Source: Candidatus Latescibacterota bacterium (lineage in GTDB: Bacteria > Latescibacterota > UBA2968 > UBA8231). From it: a DNA stretch of 64,000 nucleotides. Shown here in pieces: positions 34,841 through 44,742 of this stretch. Each line of letters begins with the position of its first letter. The stretch's first letter is position 1. A model generated the notes under the pieces. The model had not been told where the DNA came from. It was given only the letters and a program-made list of their open reading frames with translations, and searched no databases. The stretch covers positions 5,600,001 through 5,664,000 of the forward strand of contig OZ253462.1 in NCBI GenBank assembly GCA_965261395.1. The letters run 5' to 3'. A program made the position numbers and the translations under genes.

Positions 34841-36252
34841 GGCCGTTGTGCCTCCCGGTGCTGTTCCTGCTTGCCTGTGCTTCCACCCCTAAAGTCGAAT
34901 ATCCGGCCCTCGACTTGGCCCAGCCAGACCAATGGACGGCTGGGGCTGCAGAGGATCCAGTCGCCGACCACTGGTGGCGCGATATGGGGGCCGCGCGCCT
35001 CGACAGCATCGTGGCGTTGGCCTTGGAGCACAATTACGACCTCAAGGCCGCCGGTGCGCGTCTGGCTCAAGCCCAGGCCCAAGCCCGGGTGGCTGGCGCG
35101 CCGCTGGTGCCCCAACTCAGTGCCACCGGCACCGGCTCACGGCGGAAACAGAACTTCGTTGGCTTCCCGATCCCCGGCCAGGAGGGACAGGTTCTGACCT
35201 CCACCTCCACCTCATTCGGCGTCAACCTCAATGCGAACTGGGAGGTCGATCTCTGGGGTCGCCTGCGCGCCGGTGCCCAAGCCGCGCTCGCCGACGCTGC
35301 AGCCGCAGCCGCTGATTTTCGCGCCGCTCGCCTCTCCTTGGCAGCGCAGACGGCGCGGGCCTATTTCGCCGCGGTCGAAGCGGAGCACCAAGTTGAGCTG
35401 GCACACGCGACGGTTGAAAACTACCGGCTCTCCGCCGAGCAGATAGAGGATCGCTATCGCCGCGGCTTGCGCTCCTCGCTCGATGTGCGCTTGGGCCGGT
35501 CGAGCTTGGCCGCGGCCGAAGCGACCCTCGCCCAACGCCGCCAGCAAAGGGATGCCGTGTTGCGCCAGCTCGAATTGCTCTTGGGCCGCTACCCCAGCGC
35601 CCGGATTGAGGTCGAGGACGAGCTGCCCGCCATCGGCGGCCCGGTTCCAGCCGGCCTGCCCGCCGATTTGGTAGGCCGCCGCCCCGACTTGGTGGCGGCC
35701 GAGCGCCGGCTGGCGGCGGCCGACCGTCGCCTTGCCCAGTCCCAGCGCGCTCTCTTGCCCAGCATTAGTCTCACCGGCTCTGCCGGCCGCTCATCGAGCG
35801 CACTGAGCGACCTGCTCAACGGCGATTTTTCGGTCTGGAATCTCGTGGGCAATATCGCGCAGCCCCTGCTGCAAGGTGGGCGTCTGCGCGCTGGCGTCGA
35901 TCAGGCCGCTTCCGCGGCCGAGCAAGCTCTCTTTGCCTACGCACAGAGCGCACTTAGGGCCTATGGCGAGGTGGAGGCGGCACTGCACGCTGAAGGCTTC
36001 CTCGCCGATCAAGAACGCGCACTAGCCACGGCCGCGGAAGAAGCCGTAGCAGCGCGCGCCTTAGCCGAAGATCGCTATGCCAGAGGGCTTGCCGATCTCA
36101 TCGCCCTGCTAGAGTCTCAGCGCCGGGCCTTTGACGCCGAGAGCCGCCTGCTCGCCGTCCGTCGCCAGCGTCTCGATACCCGCATCGACTTGCACCTAGC
36201 CCTGGGCGGCGGCTTTACCCTTGCCTCTCAGTACGCGGAGATTCAGCGATGA
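34837..36252 (+). CDS. RND efflux outer-membrane lipoprotein (NodT/OprM family)
   Basis: Lipobox FLLAC, WWR, WEVDLWGR, RRPDL.AAE, LHLALGGG. Confidence 0.92.
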   Translation: MRPLCLPVLFLLACASTPKVEYPALDLAQPDQWTAGAAEDPVADHWWRDMGAARLDSIVALALEHNYDLKAAGARLAQAQAQARVAGAPLVPQLSATGTGSRRKQNFVGFPIPGQEGQVLTSTSTSFGVNLNANWEVDLWGRLRAGAQAALADAAAAAADFRAARLSLAAQTARAYFAAVEAEHQVELAHATVENYRLSAEQIEDRYRRGLRSSLDVRLGRSSLAAAEATLAQRRQQRDAVLRQLELLLGRYPSARIEVEDELPAIGGPVPAGLPADLVGRRPDLVAAERRLAAADRRLAQSQRALLPSISLTGSAGRSSSALSDLLNGDFSVWNLVGNIAQPLLQGGRLRAGVDQAASAAEQALFAYAQSALRAYGEVEAALHAEGFLADQERALATAAEEAVAARALAEDRYARGLADLIALLESQRRAFDAESRLLAVRRQRLDTRIDLHLALGGGFTLASQYAEIQR

Positions 36253-37499
36253 TGCGCGTCTTCAAAATAGTTTTGCCCGTCCTCATCCTCGCCCTCGGCT
36301 TTGGGGCCTTCCAACTGCTGGCCTCAATGCGCGAGCCGCCCCAGCGCGTCTCCCGCTCCTATGCCGGCCCGCTCGTCGAAGCCATCGCTGCCCTGCCCCA
36401 ACAGGTCCAGGTCGTAGTTGAGGGACAGGGCACGGTGCGTCCCGACGCTCAGATTGACCTCGTGCCGCAGGTCTCGGGTATTGTGGTGTGGAAGGACTCA
36501 GACTTCAAACCCGGCGGGACCTTCGCCAAGGGCGCGCTGCTTTTTCGGATTGACCCCCGCGACTACGAGCTCGCCGTCCAACAGGCCGCGGTCCAAGTGG
36601 CGCAGGCGCACTATCAACTCGACTTGGCCCGCGAGGAAGCCGCCATCGCCGAGCAGGAATGGGAAAAGCTCCACGCCGCAGACCAAGCTCCCACCGACTT
36701 GGTGTTGCGCAAACCCCAGCTACGCGCCGCCGAGGCCGGCCTCCAAGGAGCTGAAGCACGCCTCGCCGAAGCGCAGTTGCACCTGGACCGCACCAAGGTG
36801 TACGCTCCGTTTGTCGGCCGGGTGCGCACCGCCCGCGTCGATGTCGGCCAGCACCTCAACGTCGGCCAAGCCATCGCCCAGCTATACAGTATCGAAAAGG
36901 CCGAGATCGTCGTCCCCGTCCCCGACGAAGACCTCGGGTGGTTCACTCTGCCGCTGCCCATTGCCGTCTCCGCAGCTAGCACACCTAACACCGGGTCCGT
37001 TTCCGATCTCAGCGCCGAGGGCCGTTCCCGCGCCTTTGCCTTTAGCCGCGAGGGAGCCAGCGCCGAGGTCAGCGGGACCTTTGCCGGTCGCCAGCACCAG
37101 TGGAGCGGACGCGTAGTCCGCACCGAGGGCGAACTCGACCCGCAAAGCCGCATGGTCCGCTTAGTCGTCGAGGTCGAAGCGCCCTACGGCGGTATTGCCG
37201 ATGGCATCCCGCCGCTGACGGTGGGGATGTTCGTCGGTGTGGCCATTGCCGGTCGCACCGTCGATGGCGTTCGCGTCTTGCCCCGTGTCGCGCTGCGCCA
37301 GGGCGACCGCGTGTGGACCGTGGGCCGCGACGGCGTTCTCAGCATCCGCCCAGTACAAGTGGTGCGCGCACTCAAGGATGAGGTACTCGCTTATATCGAC
37401 ATGGCCCCCGAAGAGCGGATCATTGTCTCTCAGCTCAGCGGCGTTACCGACGGTATGCAGGTGCGCCTCGCGGACGGGAGCTTAGGAGGTCAGCCGTGA
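36249..37499 (+). CDS. RND efflux periplasmic adaptor (MFP)
   Basis: PQVSG, IDPRDY, coiled coil, LDRTKVYAPF.GRV. Confidence 0.9.
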   Translation: MMRVFKIVLPVLILALGFGAFQLLASMREPPQRVSRSYAGPLVEAIAALPQQVQVVVEGQGTVRPDAQIDLVPQVSGIVVWKDSDFKPGGTFAKGALLFRIDPRDYELAVQQAAVQVAQAHYQLDLAREEAAIAEQEWEKLHAADQAPTDLVLRKPQLRAAEAGLQGAEARLAEAQLHLDRTKVYAPFVGRVRTARVDVGQHLNVGQAIAQLYSIEKAEIVVPVPDEDLGWFTLPLPIAVSAASTPNTGSVSDLSAEGRSRAFAFSREGASAEVSGTFAGRQHQWSGRVVRTEGELDPQSRMVRLVVEVEAPYGGIADGIPPLTVGMFVGVAIAGRTVDGVRVLPRVALRQGDRVWTVGRDGVLSIRPVQVVRALKDEVLAYIDMAPEERIIVSQLSGVTDGMQVRLADGSLGGQP

Positions 37500-40400
37500 A
37501 AGCACCCGTATCTTGGATGGCGAAAAACCACGTCGCCGCCAATCTGCTGATGGGTTTCATCCTGTTGAGCGGCCTGGTTGCCATGATGCAGACCAAGAAA
37601 GAGACCTTCCCCGAGATGTCGCTCGATCAGGTGCAAATCCAGGTACCCTATCTGGGCGCGACCCCGGCCGAGGTTGAGGAGGCCGTCTGCAAGCGCATCG
37701 AGGAGCGGGTGCGCGGCCTAGAGGGGGTGCGCCGCGTGCGCTCCACAGCCTCTGAGGGCATGGGCGCAGTCAGCATCGAGCTAGAGCGCGGTGCCGATAT
37801 GGACAAACTCCTCGACGACATCAAAAACGAAATCGACCGCATCGACACCTTCCCGGCCGAGATCGAAGAGCCGGTCATCAAGGAGCTGACTCGCCGCAAT
37901 CAAGCGATCGACGTGGTGCTCTATGGCGACGTGGAGGAGAAGGCCCTCAAAGTCGCCGCCGAACTAGTGCGCGACGATCTGCGCACTAGCGGCGTTATTT
38001 CGCAGGTCGAGCTCAAGGGCGTGCGCGTCGACGAGATTGCCATCGAAGTCCCCGAAGAGGCCCTGCGCCGCTACGGCCTGACCTTCGCGCAGGTCGCCGA
38101 CGCGGTCCGTCGCACGAGCATCGACCTGCCCGCCGGCAGCGTCGAGAGCGAGGACGGCGCGATCTTGCTCCGCACGCAGGGGCTGATGCGCGCCGGCCGC
38201 GAATACGAAGAGGTCGTCGTCCTCACTCGCCCCGACGGCACCGCCCTCAAGCTCAAAGACGTGGCCACAGTCGTCGATGGCTTTGAGGATACCGATCTCA
38301 TCTCGCGCTTCAACGGCCAGCCGGCGGCCGTGGTTCAGGTCTATCGCATTGGCGACCAGAACGCCCTCGACATCTCCGCCTATGTCCACCAGTACATTGA
38401 GGACAAACGCCCAACCCTGCCGGCGGGGATCCACATCGGCTACGCCCGCGACGACGCGCGCATCCTGCGCGGCCGCATAGATTTGCTGATCCGCAACGCC
38501 CGTCTCGGTCTGGTGCTGGTCTTCATCTGTCTGAGTTTCTTTCTCGACTTGCGCTTGGCCTTCTGGGTGATGATGGGCATCCCCATCAGCTTTTTGGGGG
38601 CCTTTGTGCTGATGGAGCCTTTCGACGCCTCGATCAACATGCTGTCGCTGTTCGCCTTTATCGTGGCCTTGGGTATTGTGGTTGACGATGCGATCATCGT
38701 CGGCGAAAACATCTTTTCCCACCGCGTACAGGGGAAACCCTTTGGTCGTGCTGCCATCGACGGGACGCTCGAAGTGGGCACGCCGGTCGTGTTCTCGATT
38801 ATGACCTCGATTGCGGCCTTTATGCCGCTATTTTTCGTCGAGGGCATGATGGGTAAGTTCATGTCGGTCATCCCGGTGATCGTCATCTCCGTGCTGCTGC
38901 TGTCGCTGATTGAGAGCCTGTTCATTCTGCCCGCGCACCTGTCTTCTGAAGGGAACGGGCCACTCAGTCGCCTCTTTCGCCGGCTCTTCATGCGCCCGCT
39001 CGATTGGCACGCCCGGGTCGTGGTCCTCTTTGACCGCGGCCTCAAATACGTGATCCGCCACGCCTATCAACCCACGCTGCGCTTGGCCCTGGCCCATCCG
39101 ATCTCCACTACCGCCCTAGCTTTATCACTGATGCTGTGTACCGCCGGGCTGGTCACCGGTGGCCATATCAAGTTCGTGTTCATGCCCGAGATCGGCTCCG
39201 ATTGGGTGACGATATCAATCAACATGCCCCAGGGCACCACAGCGACCCAGACCGCCAAGGTCGTGCGACACATCGAAGAAAAGGCCATTGTCCTGCGCGA
39301 TCAGATCGACGCCGAGCGCGAGGGCGGGGATTCAATCTACCGCAATGTTTTTACCTACATCGGCGACCAACCTATGGCCCGGCGTTCCTCCTTTTCGGCT
39401 ACCCCGGGTGCCAGCGGCCAAGGGCACCTCGCCGAAGTTACCATCGAACTGCAACCTTCTGAGGAGCGCGAGCTCGACAGCGCTGAGATCGAGTCGCGGC
39501 TGCGCCAACGGGTCGGCGAGGTGCCCGGCCCCGAATCCATCATTTATTCTTCCTCGCTGTTTTCCGCCGGCAATCCCATCGAGGTCGAGCTAGCCTCGGC
39601 CAACTTCGACCAGCTCTTGTTGGCCGTCGAACGCCTCAAGGGCAAAATCGCCGAGTACGCCGGCACCGGCGATATCCAAGACAGTTTCCAAGAGGGCAAG
39701 CTGGAGATGAAACTCCAGCTCAAGCCCCAAGCTCGCACTCTCGGCCTCACGCTCGCCGATCTGGCCCGCCAAGTGCGCCAGGGCTTTTACGGCGACCAAG
39801 TGCTGAGATTCCAGCGCGGCTCGGACGATGTGCGGGTGATGGTGCGCTACCCCAAAGACGAGCGCCGGAACTTAGGCGATGTGCGCTCGATGCGGGTCCG
39901 CACGCCAGCGGGTGCCGAGGTGCCCTTTGCCGAGGTGGCCACTGTCACTATCGGCCACGCCTATGCCTCCATCCAGCGCACCGATGGCCAGCGCGTCGTC
40001 CGAGTGAGTGCCTCCGTCGATGACCAGGTTGCCAACGCCGACGAAATCAACCGCGATCTCGAAGCGTTTTTCCTACCCATGCTGGTCCAGGACTATCCCG
40101 GTCTGCGCTACAGCTTTGGCGGCGAGCAGAAGGAGCGGGATGATTCGCTACAGAGCCTGATCTTCAACTTTATCATCGCACTTGCCGCCATCTACGTGTT
40201 GCTGGCCGTGCCATTCAGATCGTACAGCCAGCCCCTCGTCGTGATGAGCGCGATTCCCTTCGGCATCATTGGCGCGGTTTGGGGGCATCTTATCATGGGC
40301 TTGGACTTGGCGCTTTTGAGCCTCTTTGGGATCGTCGCGCTCTCGGGCGTGGTGGTCAACGATTCGCTAGTGCTGCTGACCTTCTACAACCAGATGCTGC

Positions 40401-40699
40401 GCGAGGGCTCGTCGCATGAAGAAGCCCTAGTCTCAGCCGGGGCCGCACGCTTCCGCCCCATCCTCCTCACCTCCCTGACGACCTTCTTTGGCCTACTGCC
40501 GATGATCCTCGAAAAAAGCCTCCAGGCGCAGTTTTTGATCCCAATGGCCGTCAGCCTGGGCTTTGGCATTCTCTTTGCCACCTTCATCATTTTGTTGGGC
40601 GTCCCGGTGGGAATGCGCCTGCTGGTGGGAGTACAGGGGCTTTGGGGGCGGTTGGTCGAGGATGGAACAGTGGAAGTCGCGCCGGTTACTGGATCTTGA
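37496..40699 (+). CDS. RND efflux permease (AcrB/D/F family)
   Basis: GIVVDDAII.GEN, GVVVNDS, RFRPILLTSLTT; two transmembrane blocks. Confidence 0.95.
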   Translation: MKAPVSWMAKNHVAANLLMGFILLSGLVAMMQTKKETFPEMSLDQVQIQVPYLGATPAEVEEAVCKRIEERVRGLEGVRRVRSTASEGMGAVSIELERGADMDKLLDDIKNEIDRIDTFPAEIEEPVIKELTRRNQAIDVVLYGDVEEKALKVAAELVRDDLRTSGVISQVELKGVRVDEIAIEVPEEALRRYGLTFAQVADAVRRTSIDLPAGSVESEDGAILLRTQGLMRAGREYEEVVVLTRPDGTALKLKDVATVVDGFEDTDLISRFNGQPAAVVQVYRIGDQNALDISAYVHQYIEDKRPTLPAGIHIGYARDDARILRGRIDLLIRNARLGLVLVFICLSFFLDLRLAFWVMMGIPISFLGAFVLMEPFDASINMLSLFAFIVALGIVVDDAIIVGENIFSHRVQGKPFGRAAIDGTLEVGTPVVFSIMTSIAAFMPLFFVEGMMGKFMSVIPVIVISVLLLSLIESLFILPAHLSSEGNGPLSRLFRRLFMRPLDWHARVVVLFDRGLKYVIRHAYQPTLRLALAHPISTTALALSLMLCTAGLVTGGHIKFVFMPEIGSDWVTISINMPQGTTATQTAKVVRHIEEKAIVLRDQIDAEREGGDSIYRNVFTYIGDQPMARRSSFSATPGASGQGHLAEVTIELQPSEERELDSAEIESRLRQRVGEVPGPESIIYSSSLFSAGNPIEVELASANFDQLLLAVERLKGKIAEYAGTGDIQDSFQEGKLEMKLQLKPQARTLGLTLADLARQVRQGFYGDQVLRFQRGSDDVRVMVRYPKDERRNLGDVRSMRVRTPAGAEVPFAEVATVTIGHAYASIQRTDGQRVVRVSASVDDQVANADEINRDLEAFFLPMLVQDYPGLRYSFGGEQKERDDSLQSLIFNFIIALAAIYVLLAVPFRSYSQPLVVMSAIPFGIIGAVWGHLIMGLDLALLSLFGIVALSGVVVNDSLVLLTFYNQMLREGSSHEEALVSAGAARFRPILLTSLTTFFGLLPMILEKSLQAQFLIPMAVSLGFGILFATFIILLGVPVGMRLLVGVQGLWGRLVEDGTVEVAPVTGS

Positions 40700-42288
40700 A
40701 GGGTTGGGGTCTGTTGCCGCTGTGCATGGTGGCCTGCGCGCCTGCTGACGGGCCTCCCTTCATCGACAAGGCCAGCGATTGGGGCATAGAGCAGTCCCAC
40801 GTCGGCGGCGGCGCGGAAAAGCGCTATATCGTCGAAGCCAAAGGCGGCGGGGCCGCGCTCCTCGACGCGGACGGTGACGGCGATTTGGACATCTACTGGG
40901 TCAATGGGGAGGGCGGTGGCAATGCCCTCTACCGCAACGACCGCGCCCGGGGCTTTGTCGATAGAGCGGCCGCAGCCGGTGCCTTGGGTCGCGGCTGGGG
41001 CATGGGCGCGCTGAGCGCGGACTACGATGCCGACGGCGATGCCGACCTATACATTACCTGCCTGCAAGAAAACATCCTCTATCGCAACGACGGGTTAGAG
41101 CAATTCGCCGATGCCACGGCCCGCGCCGGGCTGGCGCTGCCGGTGTGGAGTACGGGCGCGGCCATGGGCGACGCGGACTTGGACGGCGACTTGGATTTGT
41201 ACGTGGCCAATTACGCGGATTTTGATTCGGCCGCGGTGCGGCCCTTGGGCACGCAGTGGAAGGGCCGGGACGTATTCGTCGGCCCGCTGGGCTTGCCATC
41301 GTTGCCGGACGCGCTCTACCGCAACGATGGCGCTGGCACCTTTGCCGATGTAACGGCGGCCAGCGGCCTCGGTCGCCACGACCCAGGCTATGGGTTTGCC
41401 GTGCTGTTCATCGACAGCGACGACGACGGGGATTTGGATCTGTATGTCGCCAACGACTCGACGCCCAATTTCCTCTACCGCAACGATGGCGCTGGCACCT
41501 TTGCCGAAGTGGGGCTACAGGCCAATGCTGCGCTGGGGGAAACGGGTTTGGCGCAGGCCGGCATGGGCGCGGCTTGGGGCGATTACGACAACGACGGCGA
41601 CGGCGATTTGCTGGTCACCAACTTTGAAGACGACTACAACACGCTCTATCGCAACACCGGTGACGGCACCTTTGCGGATGTGAGTTTTGCCGCGGGCCTA
41701 GGCCGCGTCAGCTTGCCCTACGTGGGGTTTGGCGCGGTCTTTATCGATTTTGACAACGACGCCGACCAAGATTTGTACGTGGCCAACGGGCACGTGTATC
41801 CGCAGATCGAACGCCCAGGCAGCGGCGCGACCTACGCGCAGGCAAATCACTTGTTCGCCAATGACGCCGGCCATTTCCGCCTCGTCGAACTGGGCGAGAG
41901 TCGGGAGGTTAGTCGCGGCGCGGTGGCTGGGGATTTTGACGACGACGGCCGCGTGGATTTGTTCGTCACCAACCTCAACGGCCAGCCTTCCCTGCTGCAC
42001 AATCAGGCGGCCAATGGCCACCACTGGCTCGGCGTGCGCCTTGTGGGCGCGGGAAAAAACCGCGAGGCCATCGGCGCGAAGGTCGTATTGTGGAGCGGCG
42101 GCCAAAGGCAGCGGCGGGACGTACTTTGCGGCGAGAGCTTCTTGGGCAGCGGCGACCGGCGCGTACATTTTGGCTTGGGCGCGGCAGGCCGGGCGGATTC
42201 GCTGCACATCTATTGGCCGAGTGGAGTAATGCAACGACTGACCGATTTGCCGATTGACGCGTATATGAGCGTTGTGGAGGGGAGATAG
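40696..42288 (+). CDS. CRTAC1/ASPIC-UnbV family FG-GAP repeat protein (probable lipoprotein)
   Basis: Many D.D.DGD.DLY and LYRNDG.GTF repeats; C-terminal AIGAKV...SFLG...VHFGLG...WPSG. Probable TTG start overlapping the permease stop; MVAC lipobox-like. Confidence 0.88.
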   Translation: MKGWGLLPLCMVACAPADGPPFIDKASDWGIEQSHVGGGAEKRYIVEAKGGGAALLDADGDGDLDIYWVNGEGGGNALYRNDRARGFVDRAAAAGALGRGWGMGALSADYDADGDADLYITCLQENILYRNDGLEQFADATARAGLALPVWSTGAAMGDADLDGDLDLYVANYADFDSAAVRPLGTQWKGRDVFVGPLGLPSLPDALYRNDGAGTFADVTAASGLGRHDPGYGFAVLFIDSDDDGDLDLYVANDSTPNFLYRNDGAGTFAEVGLQANAALGETGLAQAGMGAAWGDYDNDGDGDLLVTNFEDDYNTLYRNTGDGTFADVSFAAGLGRVSLPYVGFGAVFIDFDNDADQDLYVANGHVYPQIERPGSGATYAQANHLFANDAGHFRLVELGESREVSRGAVAGDFDDDGRVDLFVTNLNGQPSLLHNQAANGHHWLGVRLVGAGKNREAIGAKVVLWSGGQRQRRDVLCGESFLGSGDRRVHFGLGAAGRADSLHIYWPSGVMQRLTDLPIDAYMSVVEGR

Positions 42289-42292
42289 GGGC
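42147..42292 (+). repeat. Direct repeat copy 1 (3' end of the ASPIC/UnbV gene)
   Basis: 146 bp with about 14 mismatches (manual count) to 43122-43267. Confidence 0.95.
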
Positions 42293-42305
42293 TAGGTTAA
42301 AAGGT

Positions 42306-42728
42306 TCATGCGCCTATCCACGGGTTGATGACGGCGACTCCTGTTCCAGCGAAATCCGGGACGTTCCGGGTTACGACCGCCGCGCCGTACGAGCGGGCGA
42401 TCGCCGCAATCTGGCAATCGGACTCGGTGATTGGCCGACCAGCAGCACGGCGAGCGACGGCGATGGTGGCATAAACACGCGCCGCCTCGCTGCCGAAGGG
42501 CAACACACGGCCGGCATACAGCTTGCCGAAGGTGCGCTCGGTGGCCTCGGCGAGACCCCGACGACGACGCCCTTCCGGCAACAGGGCAACACCTGTTCGA
42601 ACTTCCGCCTCAGTAACCGCCGTTACGAACAAATCGCTCGCCCTCTGCTCGTCCACCCAAGCGAGAACTGTCGGCCACGGATTATCGCTCATCAATTCTG
42701 AGATCACGTTGGTATCAAGAACGAACAT
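42306..42728 (-). CDS. vapC: VapC/FitB PIN-domain toxin
   Basis: MFVLDTNVISE, TEAE, DCQIAAIA, VTRNVPDF. Confidence 0.92.
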   Translation of the reverse strand: MFVLDTNVISELMSDNPWPTVLAWVDEQRASDLFVTAVTEAEVRTGVALLPEGRRRRGLAEATERTFGKLYAGRVLPFGSEAARVYATIAVARRAAGRPITESDCQIAAIARSYGAAVVTRNVPDFAGTGVAVINPWIGA

Positions 42729-42738
42729 CACCCAACTC

Positions 42739-42999
42739 TCAATCGAACTTGGGCGGCTCGCGCATCGGTCCGCGCGGCGGGATGTCCAGCTCCACACTGC
42801 CGAACGGTTTGAACAGCTTGTGAATTGCGGTTCCGAGGCCCTTCACCGGCACTACCCCGTCGTCGCCCGTCTCGCCAGTGACCACCTCGCGCAGGATGGT
42901 CCGAGCCTCTTCCTCCATCGAACGGCCATTCTCAGTCGCCCGTATGCAAAGCTGCTTCTTTACCTCATCGTCGAGATTGCGGATCGTGATGCTCTCCAT
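42739..42999 (-). CDS. FitA-like ribbon-helix-helix antitoxin
   Basis: SITIRNLDDEVK..L..RA..NGRSMEEEAR.IL; immediately upstream of the PIN toxin. Confidence 0.9.
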   Translation of the reverse strand: MESITIRNLDDEVKKQLCIRATENGRSMEEEARTILREVVTGETGDDGVVPVKGLGTAIHKLFKPFGSVELDIPPRGPMREPPKFD

Positions 43000-43031
43000 G
43001 ACAGGGCCTCCATTCTTTCGGGGAAATTTCT

Positions 43032-43060
43032 AAAGTACGCTGCGATTGCAGTGTATTCAA
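43032..43060 (-). promoter_or_regulatory. TA operon promoter with a short palindrome in the spacer
   Basis: TTGAAT-17 bp-TACTTT; CTGC-AATC-GCAG inside the spacer. Confidence 0.5.
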
Positions 43061-43121
43061 TATTATATTCGAGTAGTTCCGTGGTGAACTGGCTGGTCCA
43101 GCGGGCGGGGAGGATGCCGTC

Positions 43122-43267
43122 CAGCGGCGACCGGCACGTGCATTTTGGCTTAGGCACGGCGGGCCGGGTGGATTCGCTGCACATCTATTGGCCGAGTGGG
43201 GTGCTGCAACGGCTGACCGATTTGCCGATTGATACGTATATGAGCGTTGTGGAGGGGGGCTAGGGGC
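43122..43267 (+). repeat. Direct repeat copy 2 (orphan duplicate of the ASPIC/UnbV 3' end)
   Basis: Encodes SGDRHVHFGLGTAGRVDSLHIYWPSGVLQRLTDLPIDTYMSVVEGG* without a gene body. Confidence 0.95.
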
Positions 43268-43332
43268 GGTTGCTGCGTGGCGCGCGGCGGCTATATTTGC
43301 GGGCGCACGCACCATAAGCTGGAGGTCCAACT

Positions 43333-43716
43333 ATGCAGAGCTACCCATATCCAGAATACGACGGCGTGAGAAGCATTGTGCTGGGAATAGTCGTCAGCAT
43401 TCTGACGTGTGGGATTTACTATTTCTATTGGCAATACAAACAGATGGAAACGCTCAATGCGTGGCTGGGGCGGGAGGAGTACAACTTCTGGCTTTGGCTC
43501 GTACTCTTTATCGTGACGTGCAGCATATTTGAGATTTACTACGAGTACAAGATGGCCAAGGGCATCAATGAGATTCAGGAGAACAATAGTCTGCGCGCAA
43601 ACAGAGACCTAGCGTTGATCTGCGTCCTGGTTTCTATTTTTTCCCTCGGCTTGGCCGCCACGGCCATCCAGCAGTGGGAGATCAACAAGTTCTACGGTGA
43701 AAGCGCCGACAGTTAG
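43333..43716 (+). CDS. DUF4234-like membrane protein
   Basis: RSIVLGIVVSILTCGIY.FYW.YK; GGAGG RBS. Confidence 0.75.
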   Translation: MQSYPYPEYDGVRSIVLGIVVSILTCGIYYFYWQYKQMETLNAWLGREEYNFWLWLVLFIVTCSIFEIYYEYKMAKGINEIQENNSLRANRDLALICVLVSIFSLGLAATAIQQWEINKFYGESADS

Positions 43717-44086
43717 CCCAGTTCACCTCGCGCGAATTTTCCTCGTCGGGCTGGCGCTTGTCGCGGCATTCTTGGCGTGGTTTAGCCCCGTGCTCGGCGC
43801 GGCTTGGCCGACCCTGTGCCCCTTCCGCTTCCTCACCCATCTGCCCTGCCCAGGCTGCGGCATGGGGCGCGCCTGCATAGCCCTTGCGCAAGGCAACCTC
43901 GCCGGTGCTTGGCACTACCACCCCTTCGCGTTTTTCCTCGTCCCATTGGCCCTCGGCCTGGCCTGTTCTCCGGGTCGGTTCGGCCGCGCTTGGCGCGCGC
44001 TGCCTCCATACCTCCGCAAGGGCTTTGCTGGGGGCGTGCTGGCTCTCGTGCTGGCGTTGTGGGGGTATCGCTTACTACTCGTCTAG
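43697..44086 (+). CDS. DUF2752-like membrane protein
   Basis: CPFRFLTHLPCPGCGMGRA...AWHYHP. Confidence 0.85.
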   Translation: MKAPTVSPVHLARIFLVGLALVAAFLAWFSPVLGAAWPTLCPFRFLTHLPCPGCGMGRACIALAQGNLAGAWHYHPFAFFLVPLALGLACSPGRFGRAWRALPPYLRKGFAGGVLALVLALWGYRLLLV

Positions 44087-44742
44087 TGGCTCAGCGCCCA
44101 AACCGCGATATTGGCACCCATTTTGAGGGCGTCGAGTCGCTTGCCCTCTGGGTCGCTGTGGACGCCGGGGTCCTCCCAGCCGTCGCCTAAATCCGCTTCA
44201 TACGTGTACAGCACAGCTAGGCGCTCGCCCGTAAAAAGCGCGAGGGCTTGTGGCCGTTTGCCGTCGTGTTCGTGGACTTTGGGCAGGCCCGCTGACAACT
44301 CGAAATGGCAGTGGAACAAGGGATGCTCGGGCGGCAGCTCCACCCACTCGGCATTGGGAAAGACTTGGTGCATGGCGCGGCGGAAGCTCTCGTCCATGCC
44401 GTAGTTGTCGTCGGCGTGGAGAAAGCCGCCGCTTTCCAAGTAGTGCCTAAGCCGCGCCGCCTCCTCAGACGAAAAAGCCACATTGCCGTGCCCGGTCATG
44501 TAGATGTACGGATAGGAAAACAGCTCCTCGTCCATGATTTGCACGCGCGCCTCGGCCTCGGCCGCATCGATTTGGGTATGTTCCCGTAAGAAGCGGAGCA
44601 AGTTGGGCAGGGAAGAGGGATCGCTGTACCAATCGCCGCCGCCGTCGTATTGCAGCCGCGCAATGGTAAATAGGGGCTGGGCTGGGCCGTCCACCGCGAG
44701 GAGCGCGACGCAGAGTGCGGCACTGAGGGCGAGGCTGCGCAT
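44083..44742 (-). CDS. DUF4159 domain protein
   Basis: ATG 44742 overlaps the upstream stop; YDGGGDWY, YPYIYMTGHG, GGFLHADD, DLGDGWED. Confidence 0.85.
   Translation of the reverse strand: MRSLALSAALCVALLAVDGPAQPLFTIARLQYDGGGDWYSDPSSLPNLLRFLREHTQIDAAEAEARVQIMDEELFSYPYIYMTGHGNVAFSSEEAARLRHYLESGGFLHADDNYGMDESFRRAMHQVFPNAEWVELPPEHPLFHCHFELSAGLPKVHEHDGKRPQALALFTGERLAVLYTYEADLGDGWEDPGVHSDPEGKRLDALKMGANIAVWALSH

Noticed and set aside
42147-43267. 146-bp repeat pair as a DGR template/variable repeat
   Set aside because: Mismatches run in both directions and include C/T changes rather than being confined to adenines of one copy. No reverse transcriptase is in the window.
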